The position numbers and the translations under genes were made by a program. Below are positions 53,451-63,632 of a DNA stretch of 64,000 bases, in pieces. This DNA is from a virus, in IMG/VR virus record IMGVR_UViG_3300042261_001653, positions 3,826 through 67,825 of that record; one strand, given 5' to 3'. Below the pieces are notes generated by a model that made no database searches, was not told where the DNA came from, and was given only the letters and a program-made list of their open reading frames with translations. The number at the start of each line of letters is the position of its first letter. Position 1 is the stretch's first letter.

Positions 53451-55271
53451 ATGGCAATTTACTACGCAAGTCCTTACGGTGACGATACCAACACAGGGTT
53501 AACTAAACACCCTACGGCAGCTGGCGGTGCCGGGCCATGGCGCACACTTAAGAAAGCCCTAGAAACTGGCGGGTTAGCCGCTGGCGATACTGTGTATGTA
53601 GCACCTGGTGATTATGGCGGGACGATTACTGTGGCTTATCAAGGAAATGCGGATAGCGACGCGGGAAGAATTAAGATATACGGCGATCCCAGAAATGAAC
53701 AAGGCCTTACTACAGACGGTACGACTTTAATTAAGCCTGGACAGATAAATATAGTCTCTACAGCAAATAGAACTGCGGCCCCCACCTCCAATGCAGCGCT
53801 ATTAAGCCTATCTACGAAAAACAACTATACATTTAAAAATCTATACTTTTCCAGTGCCACAGATGCAAACGGTATAATATATCACGAAGGAAATAATACA
53901 AACATATCATATATAAATTGTGTATTTGTTTCCTTCAATAACTATAACATTTACACCTACAACAGTAACGTTGCACTCAATTGGCTATTTGATTCGTGTA
54001 TATTTTGGGGTGCTTCCGGTGTATTGTGTATAAACACACGTACGACTTCAGCAGATGTAAATTTGGCTATAACTATTAAAAACAGTTTAATTATCTCTCT
54101 TAATACTTATGCGATAATGTTATATTCAGCGGTTGCCGCCTATATGGCCGGCGGGATGACAATCAACAATTGCACAATAATTGCACCTAATGCAGTTTTT
54201 GATTGTTCGACATCAACCGGAGCTAGTCCAACGTATCCCAATACTATATCAAATTCATATCTGGCTGTAGTAACCTATAATACGGCAATTAGCGCAAGCA
54301 ATAATAATCAAATAATATTAAGTAATAATATTATAACGGGAGGTTTAGTCAATACGACACTGGATAAAAATTCAATACAAATTGGAACTACTAGCATATA
54401 TCCCATTTTTGAAATGGGGCAGTCTCAACTTTGGGGATTACCAGCTAGACCCTTTATGACCCCTTTAGGCCTACCCGGCATTGGGGCATGTAATACAAAT
54501 CCAGGTAATTTAACTACGGACATACTAAGTAGACCTAGGCCTGCTGGTGGATTTACCAAGCCGTATATCCAAGCAAGTATCGGTGTGCAAGCTGGAACAG
54601 GCGCTTATGAAACCGGCACAGTAACTACCGGAAGTACAGCCACTACACTTGTTGTGGCTGGTACGCCTTGGACAGCTAACTCCTTCATTGGTAAAAAGGT
54701 AAAATTACTAACTGCGCCTTCCTCCAGTCCAACGCTAGTTGGTGCGGTTAGATGGATCAGTTCGAATACTACCAACACATTAACGGTTACTCCGTCTTGG
54801 GATTACACAGCTACAGGCACTAATTTCCCACTATCTGGTGACACTTACGAAATCTACGATGCTGCTAAAGATATTGCTGTAGGCTGTTATGAATTACATG
54901 ACACAGGCGAGCAAAGTACGACGTATTCGGCTGACGGTACTCAAGCGTCGATTAAGCTTACTGGCCCTGCTGACCATGAATTCCTGATACCAGTTAAAAA
55001 AGGAAAAACTTACGTATTTAGTATTAAAGGTCAGTTTGATTCAACTTATACTTTTTCTTCTGGAACAAAGCCAGCCGCCACTATTTTAGCCAACGTTAAA
55101 TTAGGTGTAGCCGCTGATTCTGTCAGTACGATGACTGGGGCAGCTGATACGTGGGAACTATTACAATTTTCTCCTATTACTCCAACTAGAAATGGTAAAC
55201 TGGTAATGAGGTTGACCAATAAATCGGATACTCCAACGGCTTCCTGTTATTTTGATTCATTTAGTTTCTAA
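53451..55271 (+). CDS. Parallel beta-helix tailspike/appendage, paralog 2
   Basis: Near-identical N- and C-terminal blocks to 51614-53449. Confidence 0.75.
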   Translation: MAIYYASPYGDDTNTGLTKHPTAAGGAGPWRTLKKALETGGLAAGDTVYVAPGDYGGTITVAYQGNADSDAGRIKIYGDPRNEQGLTTDGTTLIKPGQINIVSTANRTAAPTSNAALLSLSTKNNYTFKNLYFSSATDANGIIYHEGNNTNISYINCVFVSFNNYNIYTYNSNVALNWLFDSCIFWGASGVLCINTRTTSADVNLAITIKNSLIISLNTYAIMLYSAVAAYMAGGMTINNCTIIAPNAVFDCSTSTGASPTYPNTISNSYLAVVTYNTAISASNNNQIILSNNIITGGLVNTTLDKNSIQIGTTSIYPIFEMGQSQLWGLPARPFMTPLGLPGIGACNTNPGNLTTDILSRPRPAGGFTKPYIQASIGVQAGTGAYETGTVTTGSTATTLVVAGTPWTANSFIGKKVKLLTAPSSSPTLVGAVRWISSNTTNTLTVTPSWDYTATGTNFPLSGDTYEIYDAAKDIAVGCYELHDTGEQSTTYSADGTQASIKLTGPADHEFLIPVKKGKTYVFSIKGQFDSTYTFSSGTKPAATILANVKLGVAADSVSTMTGAADTWELLQFSPITPTRNGKLVMRLTNKSDTPTASCYFDSFSF

Positions 55272-55277
55272 TACGAT

Positions 55278-56543
55278 ATGGACTACACAATTTTAAAAAC
55301 TGAGTTAATTAACGATCCACTGGCTTTAGGCTATGCCGGTAAATCATGTGAAGAAATTGTCACACTGCTAAATACGCCTATCAGTCAGCATTCGAAGCGG
55401 AAGCCTAACGGCAAAACTCCACTGTATAAAGTATTAGGTTATTTAGGGGCTACCGGCGTATTGGCCATTTTGGATCGACTATCTAAAGACACATCTTCTT
55501 CCACTCCACAAGCAATTGGCGCCCAATCTGCTGCTTTAGCTGCCATTAATATTTTTTATCTATCTGGCATTGAAAATCTAGATTTAGATGATCCACAGTC
55601 TCAAGCGCTTTATAATGCTTTGGTATCCTTAGGCTTGGTTACGCAGCAAACCATTGATGGGTTATTAGCTTTAGCTGATTATAATATTAGTAGGGCTGAA
55701 TATCTATTAGGGCAAGACGTAAGTTTAAACGATGTGCAATCCCAGTGGCCGATTAAGGTTGTGTTACATTACCCTTATTTTACTACGCAGCCTATGGTGC
55801 AGCAGAAATACGCTGGTGATAGCTTTACTTTAACCGCAGCAGCCACCTGTATAGCTGGTTGTATGCCTATTACCTATCAATGGCAAAAAGATGGTTCAGA
55901 TATACCCGGTGCCACTGAAAGCAGCCTGACAGTTAACAATGCCCAAGTAACCGATTCTGGCGCTTATACATGCAAAGCTACAAACACGGAAGCTTATGCG
56001 TTAAGCAATGCTACAACTGTAACCATACTGGAAGCTACCAATCCTATTATTACCGTTCAGCCTATGTCACAAGAAGTTGATAAAGATAGCTCAGTTACGC
56101 TGTCAGCTCAAGCAACCGGTGGATATTCTTTCACCTATCAATGGGCTAAAGATACAGTACCCATTGAAGGCGCCACTAGTCAGAGCTACGTAATTAATAA
56201 CGCACAAGTAACTGATTCCGGCACTTATACTTGTGTGATTACTAACGTAACTGGATCAACCACCTCAGACAATGCCGTATTGACGGTTAATCTTGTTGCT
56301 CCTAGAATTATGCGAGCATTGAGAAATCGCACTGCAGTTGAAAACAGCCAAGTTGAACTGAATCCGTACGTAGACGGTTCATTGCCTATGACCTACGAAT
56401 GGAAATTAAATGGTGCGGTATTACCTAACGACTCAGAAATTTTAGTTGTTACCGTTAATAGTTCGACGATTGGCACATATACGTTTACAGCTACCAACGA
56501 TGCTGGCTCAGCGAGTACATCTGGAACTTTATCTATTCTCTAA
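55278..56543 (+). CDS. Virion protein with three Ig-like domains
   Basis: P..T.QP, TYQW.KDG..I.GAT, DSG.YTC. Confidence 0.85.
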   Translation: MDYTILKTELINDPLALGYAGKSCEEIVTLLNTPISQHSKRKPNGKTPLYKVLGYLGATGVLAILDRLSKDTSSSTPQAIGAQSAALAAINIFYLSGIENLDLDDPQSQALYNALVSLGLVTQQTIDGLLALADYNISRAEYLLGQDVSLNDVQSQWPIKVVLHYPYFTTQPMVQQKYAGDSFTLTAAATCIAGCMPITYQWQKDGSDIPGATESSLTVNNAQVTDSGAYTCKATNTEAYALSNATTVTILEATNPIITVQPMSQEVDKDSSVTLSAQATGGYSFTYQWAKDTVPIEGATSQSYVINNAQVTDSGTYTCVITNVTGSTTSDNAVLTVNLVAPRIMRALRNRTAVENSQVELNPYVDGSLPMTYEWKLNGAVLPNDSEILVVTVNSSTIGTYTFTATNDAGSASTSGTLSIL

Positions 56544-56546
56544 TTT

Positions 56547-57218
56547 ATGGCTATTATTGTAAGACCTACTTGGACCGATACAGGCACAACGGTAATTTCA
56601 CCTCAGACATTATCCATCGGTAATATTAAACGTGCTACCTTGGATTTATCTACCGCTGTAGGTGCTTATCTATATCTAGGCGTTGCCAAGTCTACCGCTG
56701 AAGCGCCTGCTGGTTTATATGTTGAAGTACGCCGAACATTAAATGCTGGAGCTATTCTGGTGCCTGGTTGTGCTTATTTTTCAACGCAAATGGACGCGGT
56801 TACTCCAGTTGAAATGATGATTAACAATGCCTCTGGCTATGCGGCAGGTACCTCAGTATTTACAGTAGATAGCGTAGCTGTAACCATAGACGATGATTTA
56901 TTTTTCTGGGGTAGCGCTACAACTGCTACACATGCTCACGATTTAACTTCAACTGGAACAGCTTTGCCTAATGCTGAATTTGCTCGTATTTCAACAGCTA
57001 CCGGTACAGTTACTTCAATCACTATTGATAGCGCCAGTAAATATGCTCACACAGATAACGAGTATATTACCAATAAAGCCAATCTGTGGCAGGTATGGCT
57101 GCAAGGCGGTTGTACTTACGAAGTTATTTTTGATTATCTAGCTCAAACAGCAAAGGGTCCATTAGCTATTGCCGCTTGGTCTCAAACTCTTAATTATTAT
57201 TCTCAGCTGAACGCGTAA
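56547..57218 (+). CDS. Putative tail/structural protein
   Basis: Thr/Ala-rich beta protein within tail module. Confidence 0.6.
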   Translation: MAIIVRPTWTDTGTTVISPQTLSIGNIKRATLDLSTAVGAYLYLGVAKSTAEAPAGLYVEVRRTLNAGAILVPGCAYFSTQMDAVTPVEMMINNASGYAAGTSVFTVDSVAVTIDDDLFFWGSATTATHAHDLTSTGTALPNAEFARISTATGTVTSITIDSASKYAHTDNEYITNKANLWQVWLQGGCTYEVIFDYLAQTAKGPLAIAAWSQTLNYYSQLNA

Positions 57219-58030
57219 TGTATTTTCTGCATTCACAAGAATATTGGCGTAATCAGAAGCCTCCAGCTGGCTCTTGGCTCGATAGGACACATCCGTTGTC
57301 TAATGGCTTGGTAGGTTGTTGGCTGTTCAATGAAAATGCTGGTAATGTTGTTTACGACGTAGCGAAAAATTCAAATAGCCTAGTTACATCTCCGGCTCGT
57401 GTGCGCACCACTGGTTTATTTATAAGCGCTAGTTCTGGGTATGTTCAAACTTCAAATTTGACGAATTTTATCGCTTATAACTCGCCATGTACCTTCGTGT
57501 TAAACATGCTATACGCATCTGGAACTACTATTTTTGGAAAAGGCACCGCGACTACTATGCATCCACTGCGAGTTACAACAAACAAATTTGATATATCCCG
57601 TAATTCGTCCAACACAACTTATAAGCGGCTATCAGCAACAGATGTTTCAGTAACACGTTTTCAAACTTGGGGAGCCTCTTGGAATGGTGTATCTGCCGGC
57701 GCTAATTTTCATATTTATTTAAACGGACAATTAAATGACGGCACATCCGCCGGATCAGGAACAATCACGGCAGATGCCACAGCTTGGCGAATTGGCGCCG
57801 GCAATGGCGGCGCGGCAGGAGCATTAATTACCTATTTTTACGCATGGAATAGAGTTTTATCTGCGTCTGAAATTTTTGCAATATCTACTGAGCCGTATCA
57901 GATTGTTCTTCCACCTGAACCAAGCGCAACCGTTATCGACATGGGCAGATATCGTGAAATGACTTCTGAATCACAAATATTTTTCGACAATGGAGAAGTG
58001 GGTAGTACAGCTTTTAACAAAATAATTTAA
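57218..58030 (+). CDS. LamG/concanavalin-A-like domain protein
   Basis: GLVGCWLFNENAG..VYD, IYLNG, WNRVLSASEI. Confidence 0.75.
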   Translation: MYFLHSQEYWRNQKPPAGSWLDRTHPLSNGLVGCWLFNENAGNVVYDVAKNSNSLVTSPARVRTTGLFISASSGYVQTSNLTNFIAYNSPCTFVLNMLYASGTTIFGKGTATTMHPLRVTTNKFDISRNSSNTTYKRLSATDVSVTRFQTWGASWNGVSAGANFHIYLNGQLNDGTSAGSGTITADATAWRIGAGNGGAAGALITYFYAWNRVLSASEIFAISTEPYQIVLPPEPSATVIDMGRYREMTSESQIFFDNGEVGSTAFNKII

Positions 58031-58034
58031 ACAT

Positions 58035-58493
58035 ATGCCATATCAAGTAAAATGGGCCAACCCAATCACCTATACTGCATTAACCTCAGTTTCCGAATTG
58101 GTTAGCTTAGCCAATGATGGGGTTATCTCATTAGGTACTGGAACTATTATTCCTAACCGCACCAATCTGTATCAATATATTCAATTCTGGGTTAAGACCA
58201 AATATCTGACTGGCTCTGCCTCGGCGGCTTTAAATTTATGGTTCATTCAGACCTTGGATGGCACCAACTACGAAGATGGAACTACCGGTACGGCGCCAAA
58301 CAAACTTCCAGATGTGATTATCCCTGTGGGTGCATCAACCAGCCAGTATTCAATTGTTTGGCCACAAACACCGATTATTGCGCCACCAAATGATTTTAAA
58401 GTATTACTACAGAATAAAACTGGTTATGCCTTAAGTGGCAGTAACAGTGAAAATATGGTTTATTACGCCATGTTTAATGATACTGTAGTTTAA
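58035..58493 (+). CDS. Putative structural protein
   Basis: DGTNYED, PP..FKV...N.TG motif; tail-module context. Confidence 0.6.
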   Translation: MPYQVKWANPITYTALTSVSELVSLANDGVISLGTGTIIPNRTNLYQYIQFWVKTKYLTGSASAALNLWFIQTLDGTNYEDGTTGTAPNKLPDVIIPVGASTSQYSIVWPQTPIIAPPNDFKVLLQNKTGYALSGSNSENMVYYAMFNDTVV

Positions 58494-58495
58494 AT

Positions 58496-60787
58496 ATGGT
58501 AATCATCCGAAGTCCGCAATATTGGCAATCTAAGAAACCTCCGTACGGTTCCATGATAAATTGGAATCATCCGTTAAGTAGAGGTTTACAAGGCTGCTTT
58601 TTATTTAACGAGGGCGGCGGAGCTACTTGCTATAATTTAGTTAATCTAGACATTACCAGAAAAATATATAAACCTTACGTAATCGGTACTAATCTTTCTA
58701 GAAGCTACGACGAAAAAGGACCATGTCTTTCCGCTCCTACAACTGCTACGGTTATAACAAATACGAGCGATACGAAGTTTTATCACGGCACATCGCCGTA
58801 TACGTGCTATTGTGGACTTAAGCTTAAATATACCCCTTTAAATGTAAATTGGAACACTATATGGGCAAGGTATTACAATAATTACGATTACTCTTACAGT
58901 ATATCCCAAGGTAAACCTTTTATCTCCGTTGGTGGAGGTACGGATTACAACACGACTACAGCCACGCTAACAGCATATAAATATCACCAAGTGGGCTATC
59001 AAGGTATATCTGGAAGCGGCACAACTCACTATATCGATGGTGTGGCTGATCGTAACGTCGGTTCAAATGTTGACGATTATCCTATTGTTTGCTTTGGTGG
59101 AACAACGTTTGATTTTAGCACCTTAAGAGGAAATCTTTATTTTATCTATTTCTGGGGTAAGTCGTTAATTCCGATGAAGGAAATTAACAAAAACCCCTAT
59201 CAATTTATTACACCAAATAAATTCCGTAAGATCTTTTTAGCGGCGCCAACCAAGATGGCTGATATGGGGCAAATGGGTATTACGATTAATTCAGAATATC
59301 CTACTTATTTTAATTACAATGCTCCCACATTAGGAGATCAGGTTAATTCGTTTTCTTTTAGTAATGACGGTAGTGACATTTTAAGTAGTTTGGCTTCGGA
59401 TGACACTAATTCATTCGAAGTATTCCCTGAAGGTGCAGCATTTCCATTATTACTGCAAACTGAGTTGTCGCCTAGACCCATTATAACAGTTAGTAGTGCT
59501 ACAATTTGGGAATTAGCCTCAGCCATATCTGCAAGCTCTACAGCCGGTAGCGATCTAACTGCAGCTTTAGCTTTAATTAGCAGCATCTTAGGTACATCTG
59601 ATGTAAGCGTTCAAGTAAATGCCTTACAATTGCTAGCTGGCGCAATTACAGGCACAGCTGCAGTAGATGCGACAATACTTAGTGCTAAAGAACTATTAGC
59701 AGCAATTACTGCTAGTGGTTCTATCGAGGCTTCATTAGTTGCCTTACAAGAATTGCAGTCAGCTATCGCAGGTTTAAGCGCCATTGCTCCTGCTGCTTCA
59801 GCAATTAATTTCGTCACATCTGCAGTCGCGGCTTCCAGTGCAATTTCGCCTACCGCTACAGCTATAAACCAAGTGGCTTCAGGCGTTACAGGTACAAGCG
59901 CTGTTTCTCCTACAGCTACTGCGATTAATCAAGTCCTGACAGGCATCACAGGGCTAAGTGCGGTTGCTCCTACAGCTTCAGCAATTAATTTGGTTACTTC
60001 GAATATTGCGGGTTCAAGTGCGGCTGCCGCGAGCTTTGATTTAGTTACATTCCTATTATCAGATATTACCGGGACAGCCGCAGTATCAGTTACTGCTACC
60101 GTTTACGGTAATTTAAATAGCGATGTCGCCGGATCTTGTAACGTAGTTCCAGCACTGAAACTTGATGCTTCATTAACCTGCAATACCAATGGAACATGTT
60201 CAGTTGGTGGTGGATTAAATTCACTGCAGCTATTAACATCGGCTATTAATGCCGGGGCTGCAATTTCAGTAACTCTAACCGGTTCAAATGACTTAGGTAC
60301 AGATATAACTGGAAGTACCAATGTAGGAATAACGTTAAAGTTAGATTCTGCGTTACTGTCTTCTATTTTAGCTTCTGGCTTGGTTACAGCTGAAGCAGCA
60401 TTATATAAAGCTTTAGTTGCAGCTATTGATGGTTTATCTGCAACCGAACTAAGTGACTTAGCTGTATCCACTTCACAACTTCTTCAAGCGATCATTAATG
60501 GTACAGTTGCGGTTGAGGGTACCTTGAAGATGGATGTAGGTATTGCAGCTATTGTAAATGGTTCTGCACAGCTAAGCACATTACTAAAACAGCTGCTTTT
60601 ACTCGAAGCTTCTATTACTGGTTTGAGTAATGTAAATATTATTACTCGCTTCGTATTGCTGAAAGCCTTAATCAGCGGAACCTCTAATGTTGACTTGAAG
60701 AGATTTTTATCGTTCTCTTCGTATGCTAAACCTTTAACTAATATGCAATTTTTACGAGCTGACGATCATCATAAACCTTATAATTAA
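58496..60787 (+). CDS. LamG-domain protein with long Ala/Ser/Thr-rich repeat stalk
   Basis: N-terminus paralogous to 57218 (YW...KPP.GS....HPLS.GL.GC.LFNE); ~20-aa repeats. Confidence 0.7.
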   Translation: MVIIRSPQYWQSKKPPYGSMINWNHPLSRGLQGCFLFNEGGGATCYNLVNLDITRKIYKPYVIGTNLSRSYDEKGPCLSAPTTATVITNTSDTKFYHGTSPYTCYCGLKLKYTPLNVNWNTIWARYYNNYDYSYSISQGKPFISVGGGTDYNTTTATLTAYKYHQVGYQGISGSGTTHYIDGVADRNVGSNVDDYPIVCFGGTTFDFSTLRGNLYFIYFWGKSLIPMKEINKNPYQFITPNKFRKIFLAAPTKMADMGQMGITINSEYPTYFNYNAPTLGDQVNSFSFSNDGSDILSSLASDDTNSFEVFPEGAAFPLLLQTELSPRPIITVSSATIWELASAISASSTAGSDLTAALALISSILGTSDVSVQVNALQLLAGAITGTAAVDATILSAKELLAAITASGSIEASLVALQELQSAIAGLSAIAPAASAINFVTSAVAASSAISPTATAINQVASGVTGTSAVSPTATAINQVLTGITGLSAVAPTASAINLVTSNIAGSSAAAASFDLVTFLLSDITGTAAVSVTATVYGNLNSDVAGSCNVVPALKLDASLTCNTNGTCSVGGGLNSLQLLTSAINAGAAISVTLTGSNDLGTDITGSTNVGITLKLDSALLSSILASGLVTAEAALYKALVAAIDGLSATELSDLAVSTSQLLQAIINGTVAVEGTLKMDVGIAAIVNGSAQLSTLLKQLLLLEASITGLSNVNIITRFVLLKALISGTSNVDLKRFLSFSSYAKPLTNMQFLRADDHHKPYN
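59761..60020 (+). repeat. Degenerate 60-bp coding tandem repeat
   Basis: Successive 60-nt units align (e.g. SAISPTATAINQVASGVTGT / SAVSPTATAINQVLTGITGL). Confidence 0.75.
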
Positions 60788-60792
60788 CCTCT

Positions 60793-61269
60793 ATGAATAA
60801 TACGATTACTGTTTTAGACTTAGATACAGACTACAGCACAACGGCGACTAATTGTGTAATAGCCGCTGCCCAAACTCCAGTAGGATTTGGTACGGGTATT
60901 GATGTAAGCGCACATACTGGTGTGCAATCAACTGCCAAAGGTTCTACTGACTTTTCAGCGGCACTTGAAATTAAGATTAGCGCGGATCATAGTGCTGACG
61001 GTTCTACTAGTCCTGGTCAGAATAAATCCATCGATATTTGGTATGGCTTTTTAAACTCGCAGATTACTCCTGCTGACACTGCTAACATCACCAATTGTTT
61101 ACGTAAAGTGAATATTAAGCTTAATCCCAAAGTGGATACTTCAGGCACCACCGAGACAGATACCTATTATCGGGTGGATATTAAGAAGACCGGCAAATAT
61201 ATTTATGTTGGCCAGAGTCACGCGGCATTAGATGCTCCAGTTAAATTGCTTGTATCATATACTTATTAA
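60793..61269 (+). CDS. Hypothetical (structural?) protein
   Basis: Co-oriented ORF in tail module. Confidence 0.6.
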   Translation: MNNTITVLDLDTDYSTTATNCVIAAAQTPVGFGTGIDVSAHTGVQSTAKGSTDFSAALEIKISADHSADGSTSPGQNKSIDIWYGFLNSQITPADTANITNCLRKVNIKLNPKVDTSGTTETDTYYRVDIKKTGKYIYVGQSHAALDAPVKLLVSYTY

Positions 61270-61270
61270 T

Positions 61271-61519
61271 ATGGCTGAGTTACAGCAAATCCTTCAGTCG
61301 CCCAACGGTAGATACTCCTCTACCAGAGTGTGCATGGTTATGAGCACGTTAATTGTATCTTTAGTTTGGGGCTATTTATCTATTTCTAAAGATACCGTAG
61401 TGGAAATACCGAAAAGTGTATTGGTATTCGTAGGTATGTTTGCCGGCGGTAAAGCAGTTCAAGGCTTCTCCGAGAAAACTACCGCAACTACAGCGATTAC
61501 ACCCACTGTAACTAAGTAA
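61271..61519 (+). CDS. Holin-like two-TM protein
   Basis: GRYSSTR followed by two hydrophobic helices and GGKAVQ.F.E. Confidence 0.55.
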   Translation: MAELQQILQSPNGRYSSTRVCMVMSTLIVSLVWGYLSISKDTVVEIPKSVLVFVGMFAGGKAVQGFSEKTTATTAITPTVTK

Positions 61520-61539
61520 GCTAGCTTTAAGACAAATAA

Positions 61540-61569
61540 AAAAGGCCTAGAAATTAATCTAGGCCTTTT
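61540..61569. terminator. Bidirectional GGCCTAG-family terminator
   Basis: AAAAGGCCTAGA-AATTAA-TCTAGGCCTTTT between convergent genes. Confidence 0.8.
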
Positions 61570-61589
61570 GCGTTTATTCTATTAAAGAA

Positions 61590-62840
61590 TTAAAGATACT
61601 GATAGGCGACAGTTACATTGGAATTAACTACCGCAGTCGCGGTGCCGGTTAATTTAGCACTAATACGCTGACCAGAATTTAATACAGTGTCTGCTACTGT
61701 GGATGACAATGTACCAGCTGTAGTAGTATTAGCTGTGGCTTTAAGATCCAAGGTACTGGTCATAATGTTAGCTGTACCTACACCAGGAGCATCAGTACCG
61801 GTGTCTTTTGTTAGCGTTAAGGTGACAGCAGAACCATCTGTACCGGCAGCCGTTGCGACATGTGCGCCGTAAGCCATTTTAATTCCACGATCAGTTAGCA
61901 TAACAGTACGACTAACTTGATCGGTAACCTGCCGAGAGTTATTAACGGCAAAGTCGTAATTTAGATAAGTGGCTACAGGCCGAATTTCGACACCAACAAC
62001 CAAGCCGGCCAATGAACCAATTGTTCCAGCTAGCTTCAAACTTAAACGCTCACCTAAAGCAAGGTAACGTAAATCAGGATCGCCCATTGTTCCGCTTAAT
62101 ACGCTATTAATTAAACCATTCGCACTGGTTGGTTGTGTAATTGCTGCGCTTAAAATAGCGGTTCCAGCTGCAGCGGCCGTAGTACCTGTTTCACGTGTAA
62201 CTTGAACTGTCGCACTAGTTCCAGCAGTAGTTGCAATAGTACGAACGCCGGTCACATAGCACGGAATAGGTGCAATGAAAATGTTCTGTCCAGTAACGGC
62301 ATCAAATGGTGCATAAATAATCCGTTCTGGCGATTGCTGTTCCATGGACACGACCACAAGCAATCCAGCTAATTCACTTGTAGTGCCAGAATAACTTAAA
62401 GCTAGCTTATCGCCAGTATTAAGAAGCAGTACATCTGTATTGGAAACCAAAGAGCCAGTTTGAACTGTATTTGCTGCACCACCAGCACTAAATCCAGCCG
62501 TCATTACAGGTGTACCAGTAGCAATTGTTTGAGTTCCGGTTACTTTGACTACTTGCACTTTGATCGTAGCTGCAGTGGATTCAGCGGTACTATGAATTTC
62601 TTTAATACCGGTAATACGACAAGGATGAGTGGCAGCAAAGATATACGAATTAACGCAATCACCAGCTATTGTTTGCTTAAACTGCAGGTTGGTGTTATAA
62701 ATAGGTACGAAGTTACTCCAATTATACCCATTAGAAAAAATAGGCTGATTAGTCGTAGTATTAAACCGAACGGAACCACGATTACGCAGCGTCGCGGAAG
62801 GATTTGTTTTAGTCGAACGAATTGAACTGGCGTCTGCCAT
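61590..62840 (-). CDS. Structural (decoration-like) protein with three ~120-aa repeats
   Basis: Repeated I/F.A..P..I/VTG.....TA...V...TGT....GT....L..G.RL/I. Confidence 0.7.
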   Translation of the reverse strand: MADASSIRSTKTNPSATLRNRGSVRFNTTTNQPIFSNGYNWSNFVPIYNTNLQFKQTIAGDCVNSYIFAATHPCRITGIKEIHSTAESTAATIKVQVVKVTGTQTIATGTPVMTAGFSAGGAANTVQTGSLVSNTDVLLLNTGDKLALSYSGTTSELAGLLVVVSMEQQSPERIIYAPFDAVTGQNIFIAPIPCYVTGVRTIATTAGTSATVQVTRETGTTAAAAGTAILSAAITQPTSANGLINSVLSGTMGDPDLRYLALGERLSLKLAGTIGSLAGLVVGVEIRPVATYLNYDFAVNNSRQVTDQVSRTVMLTDRGIKMAYGAHVATAAGTDGSAVTLTLTKDTGTDAPGVGTANIMTSTLDLKATANTTTAGTLSSTVADTVLNSGQRISAKLTGTATAVVNSNVTVAYQYL

Positions 62841-62904
62841 AGTATTATTTCTTTCTGTTTATTGTTACTCTTAGTTTAGTGTATATTATAGCGAATATGC
62901 AAGC

Positions 62905-63552
62905 TTAGACCAAAACTTTCATCTTTTCATGTCCGACGATAATTTTAGGATCAACCAAGATTTTAATATCTTTCTCTCGTAGTAGGTGACAAAAGCCTAC
63001 GTCCTCAGAACAAAAGTCCACAGTGTTACCAATGTTATAGGTAATAGGTCTGAACCAAGGGTAATCAATCTGTTCCACTACGCCGTATTTTAGTGCAATA
63101 AAACCCATTCCAACATAGTCTACTGCTACTGGATTTTTATTATTCTTAAAGGTGTCCTTGGTTAGAAATTCAAATTTTCCGTTCTTCTTGAAATACTCTT
63201 CATCCCAATCTTTAACCGCAGTAAATGATACGTTGTCTTCCTGTAAATATAGCCCAGAGTAAACAGGATGTACGGTAAGTAGTTGATCGATTTGTCGAGG
63301 ATCCCAAACAATGTCACTGTCAATCCACACTAAATAGTCGTATTTAACTTTACCGTCGAAAGGCTTTTGTTTTGGTCCACGTAGATTGTGAGCGCCTAAA
63401 CAACCTGCTCTAGCATAATAAACGTTGGAGCTGTAACAATTGGATAGGCTTACTTGATACCCTTTGCGAATTAAATGGGCCATGGTTGCAGTATAACTCT
63501 GCAAAAAGCGATTACTGAACGTACGGCCTGGAATACACAATATAATATTCAT
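62905..63552 (-). CDS. GT-A fold glycosyltransferase-like protein
   Basis: VYYAR, YDYLVWIDSD, VDYVGMGF, SEDVGFC, DP.I.VGH.K. Confidence 0.7.
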   Translation of the reverse strand: MNIILCIPGRTFSNRFLQSYTATMAHLIRKGYQVSLSNCYSSNVYYARAGCLGAHNLRGPKQKPFDGKVKYDYLVWIDSDIVWDPRQIDQLLTVHPVYSGLYLQEDNVSFTAVKDWDEEYFKKNGKFEFLTKDTFKNNKNPVAVDYVGMGFIALKYGVVEQIDYPWFRPITYNIGNTVDFCSEDVGFCHLLREKDIKILVDPKIIVGHEKMKVLV

Positions 63553-63598
63553 AGTTGGTGCAGCATACTGGGCGTTGCCGATAGCTACAAGCTAAAAA

Positions 63599-63628
63599 AA
63601 AAAGGCTAGATTAACTTCTAGCCTTTTT
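63599..63628. terminator. GGCTAG-family hairpin terminator
   Basis: AAAAAGGCTAGA-TTAACT-TCTAGCCTTTTT, with Tn-AGCT tail on the minus strand. Confidence 0.8.
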
Positions 63629-63632
63629 CATT

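Noticed and set aside
51614-55271. Diversity-generating retroelement TR/VR pair
   Set aside because: No reverse transcriptase; both copies are full genes and differences are not adenine-specific.
310-62825. Many short ORF-track entries antisense to or nested in recognised genes (e.g. 310-516, 5728-6111, 9530-9880, 46715-47296, 60103-60471)
   Set aside because: Shadow frames of real genes with no motifs or expression signals.
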